NCBI GenBank assembly: GCA_963827235.1
Contig: CAWHAE010000009.1
Span: forward strand, 160,001-224,000
DNA length: 64,000 nucleotides
Source: an uncultured bacterium
GTDB lineage: Bacteria; Chloroflexota; UBA5177; JANWHV01
Reading direction: 5' to 3'
In this document: positions 29,141-38,105 of the stretch, in pieces
Layout: every line of letters starts with the position of its first letter
Numbering within the stretch: position 1 is the first letter of the stretch
Program-made: the position numbers and the translations under genes
Notes under the pieces: model-generated
What the model saw: the letters and a program-made list of their open reading frames with translations, nothing else
The model's database searches: none
What the model was told of the DNA's origin: nothing

Positions 29141-31270
29141 ATGGGCTTCACTGCGTCTGGCTTTCGAGTCTCTGCCCCCGTGGCCGTCCTGGCCGCCGTG
29201 GTCCTCATTAGCGGCGGCTTGCCGCCCTCCGGCCAGATAGCCGCGCCCGCGGCAGCGTCCACGCTCGTGACGGCAGGTAGCACGCGTGCTCTGGAGTCCG
29301 CGCCGCCCCACACCGTTCAAACAGCCTGTTTCGGCACGCCCTGCGGGCATCTCGTGCGCCCGGAGCCGCAGACTGCCGCCCATCGCCCGGCTTCGCTCTC
29401 CACGGCAGGCGACGACGCCGTGGATCGGGCGCTGATCGGCACCTGGATCTGGTCAAAGGACTCGAACGGCTCCCATCCCTCGACCGGCTCGCAGTGCACG
29501 CTCCTGTTCGTGGCGCGCGGATCGGCAACCCTGAGCTGCACGCGGCCGTCCGAGGTGTACAACGACCCGGGCACGTACCAGGTGTCCGGCGTCACCACCG
29601 CGGGCGGCAAGATCACCCTGCAGCTTTCGCAGACGGGGATCAGTCTCGCGGCTCAAGCCTACAGCTATGCCGGCGGCAAGCTCATTCTGCCCTTCAAGCT
29701 GATGAGCGACGGCACCGGTACCTCCACCTGGCGGCGGCCGGCGGCGCTGGCGCCCGGCTCACAGGACGTCGCGTCCGTGGCCTACGCCGCCTTCGACCAG
29801 GCCGTGGCCGGCGGCGACGACTACGATGCGGCTGCCCGCGCCGCCCTGGCCGCCTTGAAGGAGCACTCCTTCTCGTCCCAGGACGCGACGGGAAAAGTGG
29901 CGGGCGCCGCGGCGCTGGCGGCACAAAAGAGCGCCTTCGACTTCGCGCTCACCGACGACTACAGCGGCATCGTGGTGAAGACCGAGGGCGGGCGCACGTA
30001 CGGCGTCTGGCTCACCGTCGATCCACTGGCCATGGCCGCACCACAGTATTCGTCCCCTAAGCCCATGACGATGAGCATGTTTGCCACCGATCCACGCACG
30101 CACCTGCTCATGCAGGCGAGCAGCGGCAAGGACGACCCGGTCCATCACTCCGCGCAGCTGCTGTTCGGGTTCTACAACCAGCGAGAGTACTCGCGCCCCG
30201 GCGAAGTCACCTACGCGCTCAAGGACAACGGCGAAAGTCCCACCGTGCTCAAACAGGACCTGGTGCGCGCGGGCTATCCGGCCGGCGACGTGACAGTTCG
30301 CGTGGACACCGAGTTCACGCCTCGCACCCTGTACGATGCCCTGATCAGCGATCCCGGCGTGCTCTACATCTCCAGCCACAGCGGAATCGATAGCTTCAGC
30401 CACATCGGGGACATCTCGACCAGCTACGTGTTGGCGACCGGACAGCGCTTCATTCGCAGGGCCGGCGACGGCTGGAGCGCCGGCGCCGCACCGCCCGAGG
30501 GCCTGATCAGGCAGATGCTCCAGGAGGAAGGCCTGCCGCAGTACCTCTGGAAATATGTACGGCCCCTGGCACTGCGCGAGGGCCCCGCCTCGGTCGACTG
30601 GTTCCTTGCCGTGTACGAAGGGTTCTTCAAGGCCGTGCAGGCCCAGAATCAGGGCTGGAAAGCTAGCCGGTCGCTCGTGTACGTCGACGCGTGCTACAGC
30701 GCGAAGCTCACCCACTTCAGCGATCTGTTCAAGCCCGGCGTCTTCGTCGGCTGGAGCATCTCCGTCGAATCCTACGCCAGCGTGCACATCGCCCAGCACT
30801 TCTTCTCCAACCTCGTGCGGAAGACCCACTCGGCGAGAGAAGTCTGGTACGAGACGAAGCGGGTCCTGTCCACTTTCCAGGAGATCTACCCGGAGGATAA
30901 GCTCGTCGACACCACGGATGCCGGCAAGCAGGCCCTGCTCCAGGAGGCGATTCACTCGTGGGTGATGCGCGGCGCCGACGGCGCGGCGTACAAGCCGTAC
31001 AGCGACGTGGTCAACTGGCTCGCCTGGCTCGGGCGCTGGAATCAGATTCCGGAGTCAGCGTCCAAAAACCTGCAGAGTTGCTTCGACCAGTATTGGTCGC
31101 ACGGCACGGGCGGCGGCCTCGCCAGCGCCATGTGCAACGCCGGCGTGCTGGGATCGCACGTGCCCACGGCCGATGAGGTGAGAGAGGCGCGACAGCTCAT
31201 AGACGGCGAGCCGGCACCGGTGCCCGGCGGACGGTGGACACTCGCCGACGGCCTGCCGTACGGCAAGTGA
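29141..31270 (+). CDS. Large secreted hypothetical protein, probable clan CD cysteine peptidase domain
   Basis: Signal-like N-terminus; VLYISSHSG and LVYVDACYS motifs; strong GC3 codon bias. Confidence 0.7.
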   Translation: MGFTASGFRVSAPVAVLAAVVLISGGLPPSGQIAAPAAASTLVTAGSTRALESAPPHTVQTACFGTPCGHLVRPEPQTAAHRPASLSTAGDDAVDRALIGTWIWSKDSNGSHPSTGSQCTLLFVARGSATLSCTRPSEVYNDPGTYQVSGVTTAGGKITLQLSQTGISLAAQAYSYAGGKLILPFKLMSDGTGTSTWRRPAALAPGSQDVASVAYAAFDQAVAGGDDYDAAARAALAALKEHSFSSQDATGKVAGAAALAAQKSAFDFALTDDYSGIVVKTEGGRTYGVWLTVDPLAMAAPQYSSPKPMTMSMFATDPRTHLLMQASSGKDDPVHHSAQLLFGFYNQREYSRPGEVTYALKDNGESPTVLKQDLVRAGYPAGDVTVRVDTEFTPRTLYDALISDPGVLYISSHSGIDSFSHIGDISTSYVLATGQRFIRRAGDGWSAGAAPPEGLIRQMLQEEGLPQYLWKYVRPLALREGPASVDWFLAVYEGFFKAVQAQNQGWKASRSLVYVDACYSAKLTHFSDLFKPGVFVGWSISVESYASVHIAQHFFSNLVRKTHSAREVWYETKRVLSTFQEIYPEDKLVDTTDAGKQALLQEAIHSWVMRGADGAAYKPYSDVVNWLAWLGRWNQIPESASKNLQSCFDQYWSHGTGGGLASAMCNAGVLGSHVPTADEVREARQLIDGEPAPVPGGRWTLADGLPYGK

Positions 31271-31721
31271 CCGCTCCACCGGCCAACCGGTTGGCGTCAT
31301 AGGGGCGTGTACGCCAGGGTCTCGACACCCTGCATGCCGGCTGAGCGAGGCATGGCCACGCATGCTCGCCGGGTTCAGCCGGTTGAGCGCCCGTAGATCT
31401 CGGACGGACGGCACCGCTGTCAAGCACATACGGCGAACGTCTCCCGGCCCTTCGCCGGGCAGCAGCGCCATGTCACTGCCCGGGCGGCTGAAAGGCGCCG
31501 CTGGCGGTTTCGCCCCCTGAGTTGATGCTCGCTGCCCTGAGCCTGCAACAGGCACTCCCGGCACAGCCGCTCTGGCCTGTGCGAGAATGATCGTGGCCAG
31601 CTCACGGTGGGCTGCCACGCATGGAACGTGCGGTGAGCCCCACCCCGGAGCGTGTGGCGAGGCTGTCCCCATGTTGCGGATAGCCCCAAAACGAGCGTGA
31701 ACATCGTTACAGGAGGGCATC

Positions 31722-32456
31722 ATGCCGGACATCATGTCGCTGATCCGGGACAGGCATTCCGATCGCGGACCGTTTGACCCCGATCGCCCGATCGCCGCCG
31801 CCGACCTGAAGCAGATGCTCGAAGCCGCGCGCTGGGCGCCTACCGCGCACAACATGCAGAACTTCGAGATCGTGGTCGTCGACGATAAGAACCTGCTGGC
31901 GAGCGTCGGCGAGATCCCGTCGCCGCCGTCGGAGGTGTTCATCCGGGAGAACCTCGCCCAGCTCGCCTTCTCGGAAGAGGAGCTGCGCCGGAAGAAGGTC
32001 GGTATCCTGGGCGCTCAGTTCCCCGCTGCATGGCGCGTTCCCGGCGCCGACTTTCACGCCGTGGCGCGCGAGAGCGAGCCGTCCTTCCTCAAGGACACCG
32101 TGAAGGGCAGCCCCGTGGTGCTGGTCGTGCTCTATGACGCCCGGAAGCGGGCACCGGCCTCTGAAGGGGACGTGCTTGGCTTCATGAGTCTTGGCTGTGC
32201 CATGGAGAACATGTGGCTCGTTGCCCAGTCCCTGGGCATCGGCATGCAGATCATGAGCGTCTTCGGCGGAGTGCCTGTGGAGAAGGAGCTGAAGGAGTTG
32301 CTCGCCGTCCCCGCGCACATGAAGATCGCCTTTGCCGTCCGCCTGGGCCATGCTGTTGGCAAGGCGGCCGGCACTGTGCGCGTGCGTCGTGACGTCGACG
32401 ACTTCGCGCACGAGAATCGCTTTGGAGCCGGGTTCAGGGCCGAGGGCAGCGCCTGA
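31722..32456 (+). CDS. Nitroreductase-family protein
   Basis: IRDRHSDR, EAARWAPTAHNMQ, AMENMWLVAQSLGIG. Confidence 0.9.
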   Translation: MPDIMSLIRDRHSDRGPFDPDRPIAAADLKQMLEAARWAPTAHNMQNFEIVVVDDKNLLASVGEIPSPPSEVFIRENLAQLAFSEEELRRKKVGILGAQFPAAWRVPGADFHAVARESEPSFLKDTVKGSPVVLVVLYDARKRAPASEGDVLGFMSLGCAMENMWLVAQSLGIGMQIMSVFGGVPVEKELKELLAVPAHMKIAFAVRLGHAVGKAAGTVRVRRDVDDFAHENRFGAGFRAEGSA

Positions 32457-32853
32457 AGGCAGGCCGTGTCGGGAGCCTGCCCTCGGACCACTAGAGCCGT
32501 CCGGAACGTAATGCATGAGCCGGCGCGTGCGGCTTGGCATGAGCCGAGCCCACTCTGCCGGCACTCATCTGCCACGACCCCTCTGGGCCGGGCTTCGGCA
32601 GTCGAGGCCGGCGGAGAACATCACCAGGATAGCCTGGTCGCCGCGCGTACGTGGTGCCTGGCAGGCGCCCCGTGGCCAGGCAACTCGGCCACCATGCGGG
32701 CCCTACGCCCCGGAAGCCCTGTCCTGCATGCTAAAGTAGCAGTGGAGCAGGTAGGCTGAGCCACCGCCGGACTGAAAGGGGAAGGCGCTGAACACGAGAC
32801 GACCGCTCGACGGTGGCGACCAATCCCCGAACCGCCTCGCGGCACAAGCACCC

Positions 32854-34326
32854 GTGCGCCTGCCTCCCGGCATCCGCCCGATCGTGGCAGGCCTCATGCT
32901 GTCCATGTTCCTCGTGGCGCTGGACGGCACCATCGTCAGCACCGCCATGCCGCGCATCGCCGGCGAGCTTGGCGGCTTCTCGCTCTACGCCTGGGTACCC
33001 TCGATCTACCTGCTCATGGCGACCGTCACCACGCCGATCTACGGCAAGCTGTCGGACCTGTTCGGACGCAAGCGGATCCTGTACGCCGGCATCGGCCTGT
33101 TCGTGCTGGGCTCAGTCCTCTCGGGCGCGGCCTCGAGCATGCTGATGCTCATCGTGTTCCGTGCCGTTCAGGGCCTGGGCGCCGGCGCGGTGCAGCCGGT
33201 GACGCTGACTATCATCGGCGACATCTTCACCCTCGAGCAGCGGGCGCGCGTGCAGGGCGCGTTCAGCAGCGTCTGGGGCGTGTCCGCGGTCATCGGCCCA
33301 TTGCTCGGCGGATTCCTGGTCGACGACGTGGGATGGCGCTGGATCTTCTACCTGAACGTGCCGGTGGCGATTCTGGCCGTAGGCATGATCTCGCGCTACT
33401 TCCACGAGCATCGCACCACGCGGCGGCATGCACTGGATGTCGCCGGCGCCACCCTGCTCACCGGCGCGCTATCCGCCCTGCTCCTGCTGTTCATCGAGGG
33501 TGGCCAGGCCTGGGCGTGGCGCTCCATCCAGACCGGTGCCCTGGCGGCGATCACGGTAGCCGGGCTGGCCCTGTTCGTCCAGGTCGAGCGGCGTGCCGCC
33601 GAGCCGGTCTTCCCCCTGGATCTGTTACGCTCGCGCATCATCGCCGTGTCCGCCGTCGGAGGCTGCTTCGCCGGCGTACTGATCATGGCCGTGACCTTCG
33701 AGGTGCCGCTCTTCGTGCAGGGAGTGCTTGGCCTCGACGCCATTCACGGCGGATTGGCGCTCGCCCCCATGTCGCTGGGGTGGCCGCTCGCAGGAGCGAT
33801 CTCCGGCACCCTGGCCCTGCGTTTTGGCTACCGCCGCACTGCCGTGGCCGGCATGCTTTGCGACGTGATCGGCGTCGCCCTCCTGCTGACCCTGACGGTG
33901 CAGAGTTCCTTCGCCCTGGCCAGTCTCTTCTCTTTCGTGGTCGGCGTCGGTCTCGGCTTGAGTAGCACGCCCATGCTGATCGCCGTGCAGAGCGCCGTGG
34001 TGTGGGCCCGCCGCGGCGTGGCAACCGCGACGACCATGTTCGTGCGCAGCTTCGGCTCCGTGGTCGGACTGGCCGTCATGGGCGCTCTGATCAACAACGC
34101 CACGCAGGGCTCTACCGCCGCGACCAATCAGGCACTGAATGGCGGCACGGGCCACGCCCTGGCCGGCAGCGTGCTGTACCACGTGCATGCCTCGCTGATG
34201 GACGGCATCCACGCGGCGTTCTTTGCCGCGCTCGTCGCCGCCGTGATCGGTCTGTTCGCCGTGTCCCTTCTGCCCGGCGGCAGGGCACAGGAGCACGCAG
34301 TCGCGGAAAAGGCACCCGCCGGCTGA
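32854..34326 (+). CDS. MFS drug:H+ antiporter (DHA2, EmrB/QacA-like)
   Basis: LDGTIVSTAMP, YGKLSDLFGRK, GWRWIFYLNVP; many TM helices. Confidence 0.93.
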   Translation: MRLPPGIRPIVAGLMLSMFLVALDGTIVSTAMPRIAGELGGFSLYAWVPSIYLLMATVTTPIYGKLSDLFGRKRILYAGIGLFVLGSVLSGAASSMLMLIVFRAVQGLGAGAVQPVTLTIIGDIFTLEQRARVQGAFSSVWGVSAVIGPLLGGFLVDDVGWRWIFYLNVPVAILAVGMISRYFHEHRTTRRHALDVAGATLLTGALSALLLLFIEGGQAWAWRSIQTGALAAITVAGLALFVQVERRAAEPVFPLDLLRSRIIAVSAVGGCFAGVLIMAVTFEVPLFVQGVLGLDAIHGGLALAPMSLGWPLAGAISGTLALRFGYRRTAVAGMLCDVIGVALLLTLTVQSSFALASLFSFVVGVGLGLSSTPMLIAVQSAVVWARRGVATATTMFVRSFGSVVGLAVMGALINNATQGSTAATNQALNGGTGHALAGSVLYHVHASLMDGIHAAFFAALVAAVIGLFAVSLLPGGRAQEHAVAEKAPAG

Positions 34327-34480
34327 GCGTCGATTGACGGATTGCGCCGAGCCACTGGCTGATCGAACCACTCCAGGCCGGCCTCCTGGCGGCATCCCGG
34401 CACTGGACGCGAAAGCCGCCCCCCGCGAAGCACTCTCCGTCTCCGCCCAGCGTGCCCCAGCAGAGGCAGTCGCCCGATGC

Positions 34481-34528
34481 TTGACGATAGTTTTACAGCA
34501 AACTATAATAGTTTGTGATAAAACTATT
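34481..34528 (+). promoter_or_regulatory. Near-consensus sigma70 promoter overlapped by two MarR-type inverted repeats
   Basis: TTGACG-17 bp-TATAAT; ATAGTTT-N6-AAACTAT occurs twice in tandem. Confidence 0.8.
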
Positions 34529-34538
34529 GGAGGACACG

Positions 34539-35039
34539 ATGTCGGATGGTACTGTGGTACAGTCGGCCTTCAACCTGGTGCGCCGGAGCCGGTTCGTCTA
34601 CGTCACCACCAATGGCTCCGACGGTTACCCCAACACGCGCGTGATGTTCAACCTGCTCAAGATGCGCGCCCGCGCCGTCGCCAAGGGACCGGCCTCGCTG
34701 CCGCCCGGCTTCGCCGCCTGGCTCGGCACAAACACGTCCAGCGTGAAGACCGGCGAGATCAGGCGCGATCCCCGCGTCTGCCTCTACTACGCCGGCTTGG
34801 CAAGCTGGCAAGGGCTAACACTCACCGGCACGCTCGAGGAAGTCATGGATCGCGAGGTCAAGGCTTCGCTGTGGATGAAAGGCTGGGAGATGTATTACTC
34901 CGGCGGACTGGACGGCGGAGACTTTACCGTGTTCCGCTTCCGGCCTGAGCGAGGCCGCTACTACCACGGCCGGAGCGTGACCGCGTTTGACGCCTCGCAG
35001 CCCCTGTCGATCCCTGCCGCGACGGGCAGCCCGGAGTGA
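34539..35039 (+). CDS. Pyridoxamine 5'-phosphate oxidase-like FMN-binding protein (general stress protein 26-like)
   Basis: DGYPNTRVM, TNTSSVK, DPRVCLYY, GWEMYY. Confidence 0.8.
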   Translation: MSDGTVVQSAFNLVRRSRFVYVTTNGSDGYPNTRVMFNLLKMRARAVAKGPASLPPGFAAWLGTNTSSVKTGEIRRDPRVCLYYAGLASWQGLTLTGTLEEVMDREVKASLWMKGWEMYYSGGLDGGDFTVFRFRPERGRYYHGRSVTAFDASQPLSIPAATGSPE

Positions 35040-35524
35040 CGGCGGGCCGGTCGTCGAGCGGCGAGACAGGCAGGGATGCCGTCGCGGCCCCCGCGCTCGA
35101 GGGCGGCAACCTGATCGCCAAAGCCCACGTGCTCGGCCGGCGGGTCTTCGCCCGCCTGCTCAAGCAGCATGGAATCACCGAGCTCAATCCCGCCCAGGGT
35201 AGCATCATCTACGCGCTCTGGAAGGCGGACGGGCTCTCTCAGGCCGCCCTGGCGACGCGCACCAAGCTCGACAAGTCCACGCTGACACAGATGCTGGACC
35301 GGCTGGAAGAGCAGGGACAGATCGTCCGCGCGCGCCACCCTACTGACGGCCGGCGCCACGTCATCCGGCTCACGGAGCAGAATCGTGCCGCTCATGCCTC
35401 GTACCTGGCCGTGTCGCAGGAGATGCTCTCGCTCTTCTATACCGGGCTCAGCGTCGAAGAGATCCACGCGTTCGAATCGACCCTCCGGCACGTGATCGCA
35501 AACCTCGAGTCGGCAACCCCGTAA
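35036..35524 (+). CDS. MarR-family regulator
   Basis: LSQAALATRTKLDKSTLTQMLDRLEEQG, DGRRHVIRLT. Confidence 0.92.
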   Translation: MTAGRSSSGETGRDAVAAPALEGGNLIAKAHVLGRRVFARLLKQHGITELNPAQGSIIYALWKADGLSQAALATRTKLDKSTLTQMLDRLEEQGQIVRARHPTDGRRHVIRLTEQNRAAHASYLAVSQEMLSLFYTGLSVEEIHAFESTLRHVIANLESATP

Positions 35525-35785
35525 TCGGCCAAGCGCTAACGGCTACACCCACCGCGGCCGCGGTAGTCGCTGTAGCCACCGGCACGGCGCCATCCCAACG
35601 GACGAAGCGCGCAACCGCGACCCTCCGCAGTGTGTACCCGGCCGGCCCGTCCCTGCCATCCTCGCAGCCGGAGGCTACAGTTCCCTCCTTCAGCCAGCCC
35701 ATCTGCGCCATCTCCCCTGTATCTGCGGCATCTGCGTTTCAGCGTCCGACCGCGATCCTCCGCGGAGGCTACCGTTCCCCGCTCA

Positions 35786-37225
35786 TCACGCGGGCAGCCG
35801 GATGCTGAACGTCGTCCCTCGCAGCAAGGCACTCTCCACGTCGATGCTGCCTCCCAGCAGCTCGATCGTGCTACGGCCGATGGCCAGGCCCAGGCCGAGA
35901 CCGGCACCGCTCCGCCCGCGATCGCGGCCGCGCTCCGCTCGATAGAAGCGTTCCCAGATGCGCGGCAGGTCCTCCGCCGGGATGCCGCGGCCCGTGTCGG
36001 CCACCGCCAGCACGATCGCTCCCGCGTCCGCCCAGGCACGAAGCGTCACCACGCCGCCCGCGGGCGTGTAGCGCAGAGCGTTCTGCATGAGGTTGACGAG
36101 CACGCCCTCCAGGCGTAGCCCATCCGTCTCCAGCGGTGGCAGATCGGCGGCCACCTCCAGCTGCAGCCTGATGCCTGCCTGCTCGGCCGCTGGGGCGAAC
36201 CGCTGCTGTAGCCCGCCCAGAAGCTCCGCCACCGGCAGCGGCTCGATCACCACTGCAGCCTGTCCCGTCTCCAGCAGCGCCAGGTCGAGCAGATCGCCGG
36301 TGAGCCGGCGCAGTCGGCCGGTCTCGTCCCGGATCGTGCGCAGCGCCTCGCCGCGCTGCGGCTCTCCGGCAATAATGCCGTCTGCCAGTCCCTCGGCATA
36401 GCCCTGGATCAGTCCCAGGGGCCCGGCCAGCTCGTGAGAGACGTTCGCCACCAGGTCACGCTCGACCTGCCGCCGGTGCAGCACCTCCCCGATCATGGTG
36501 TTAAATGCCTCGGCCAGCTCTGCCGTTTCGGCGGGGCCATCCGGCATCACTCGCTCACCGTAGTTGCCGGCTGCCACGCTGTGCGCCACGGCCGTGACGG
36601 CGCGCAGAGCGCGGCTCAGCACCTGCGCGGCGGCCAGGCCGGCCACCACGGCCAGCGCCAGTGAGACACCACCCGCCAGCACCACGAGGGCAATCACTCG
36701 CCGCCACTGCGCTCCCACGGCATCCACCGGGTCCGCCAGCAGCAAGCCGCCGTGGCGGCGCGCTATCGCCGGACCCATGTCGATCCGTATGTCGCTGATC
36801 AGCTCGTTCCCCACCTGGTGCCAGCCGGCCGCCCCTCCGGAAGGCGCCCGTCGCAGATCCGCGCGCAGGCGAGCGAGCAGCTCGGTCTGCATGGACTGCG
36901 GCATGGGCGAGGCGTAGAGCAGATTGCCGGACGGTCCAAGCACCAGGGCGCGGCGGTCCGGCGTGCCGGCTAGGAGGTCGGTCATGGCGCGCGGCAGGGA
37001 CCGCGGTGCCAGGAGGAGCACGCCGGAGCGCCCCCCGCTGCAGCAGCTGCCAATCGCCGTCGTCTGCCGGGCCAGGAGAGTCCCTTGCCGGTCGATCAGA
37101 TAGGAGTTGAGAAAGACGCTCAGCAGCGCGGCGTTGGTCAGCAGCGCCAGCAAGCCCACGGCGGCAATGGCCAGGGCCAGGCGGCTGCGCAGTCCGCGCC
37201 GCCGCGTGCGTCGCGCCCCGCTCAC
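35786..37225 (-). CDS. HAMP-domain sensor histidine kinase
   Basis: NVSHEL, NLMQNALRYT, DTGRGI, GAGLGLGLAI; GTGA overlap with the regulator stop. Confidence 0.92.
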   Translation of the reverse strand: MSGARRTRRRGLRSRLALAIAAVGLLALLTNAALLSVFLNSYLIDRQGTLLARQTTAIGSCCSGGRSGVLLLAPRSLPRAMTDLLAGTPDRRALVLGPSGNLLYASPMPQSMQTELLARLRADLRRAPSGGAAGWHQVGNELISDIRIDMGPAIARRHGGLLLADPVDAVGAQWRRVIALVVLAGGVSLALAVVAGLAAAQVLSRALRAVTAVAHSVAAGNYGERVMPDGPAETAELAEAFNTMIGEVLHRRQVERDLVANVSHELAGPLGLIQGYAEGLADGIIAGEPQRGEALRTIRDETGRLRRLTGDLLDLALLETGQAAVVIEPLPVAELLGGLQQRFAPAAEQAGIRLQLEVAADLPPLETDGLRLEGVLVNLMQNALRYTPAGGVVTLRAWADAGAIVLAVADTGRGIPAEDLPRIWERFYRAERGRDRGRSGAGLGLGLAIGRSTIELLGGSIDVESALLRGTTFSIRLPA

Positions 37226-37914
37226 GACGGGTCCGCCACGAGCTTGTACCCGATGCCCCATACGGTGCGCACCTGCGACCCCGCGGAGCCGAGTGCTTCG
37301 CGCAGGCGGCGCACGTGCGAATCAATCGTTCTCTCGTCGCCGTCGAAGTCGTACCCCCATACGTGGTCGAGCAGCACGGCACGGGCACAGACGTCGCCGG
37401 CGTGCCAGGCCAGGTAGGCCAGCAGGTCGAACTCCCGCTCCCGCAGGGTCACCGGAACGCCGGCTACCCTCGCCTCCCGGCGAGCCGGGTCGACGGCGAT
37501 GGGGCCCACGGTGATCGCGTGCTCCGGCGCCGCCCGCACCCGGCGCAACACCGCGCCCACTCTCGCCACCAGCTCGCGTGGCGAGAACGGCTTGACCACG
37601 TAGTCGTCCGCTCCCTCCGCGAAGCCCCGCAGCCGGTCGGCCTCGGCGCGCAGCGCGGTTACCATGATGATCGGCACGTTGGCACGTGCGCGCAGAGCGC
37701 GGCAGGTCTCCCACCCCGACAGGAGCGGCAGCATCAGGTCCAGCAGAATCACCTGGGGGTGGTGCCGTTGCGCGAGCTCTATCCCTTGCTCGCCGGTCTC
37801 GGCGCTGAGCACCGTATACCCCGCGTGCTCGAGGTAGGTGCGCACGAGAGCCGCCATCGCCCTGTCGTCCTCTACGATCAGCACCGTCGATTCACCTGGT
37901 GTACCGGCGTCCAT
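37222..37914 (-). CDS. OmpR-family response regulator
   Basis: VLIVEDD, LLDLMLP, GADDYVVKPFSPREL, TVWGIGYK. Confidence 0.95.
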   Translation of the reverse strand: MDAGTPGESTVLIVEDDRAMAALVRTYLEHAGYTVLSAETGEQGIELAQRHHPQVILLDLMLPLLSGWETCRALRARANVPIIMVTALRAEADRLRGFAEGADDYVVKPFSPRELVARVGAVLRRVRAAPEHAITVGPIAVDPARREARVAGVPVTLREREFDLLAYLAWHAGDVCARAVLLDHVWGYDFDGDERTIDSHVRRLREALGSAGSQVRTVWGIGYKLVADPS

Positions 37915-37980
37915 GTGTATGCCGCCCTTGCGCTGCAGATCCGGATTGCGCCGAGTATAACAGACGGCAAAACGTCAAGT

Positions 37981-38022
37981 GTGACAGAAGCGTGACCGTC
38001 GCGGGATCACAGTTCTGCCACA
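37981..38022. promoter_or_regulatory. OmpR-type tandem direct repeats in a divergent promoter
   Basis: GTGAC-N6-GTGAC (37981-37996) and the oppositely oriented TCACA-N6-CCACA (38007-38022), both with 11-bp period. Confidence 0.5.
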
Positions 38023-38105
38023 TATCTTGGCGCGGAGCGTGTTAGCGTAAGCCTGAAGGCAGGGAGGGAACACCCGAGCCGGCATCACGTCGAAAGGAGC
38101 ACGCC

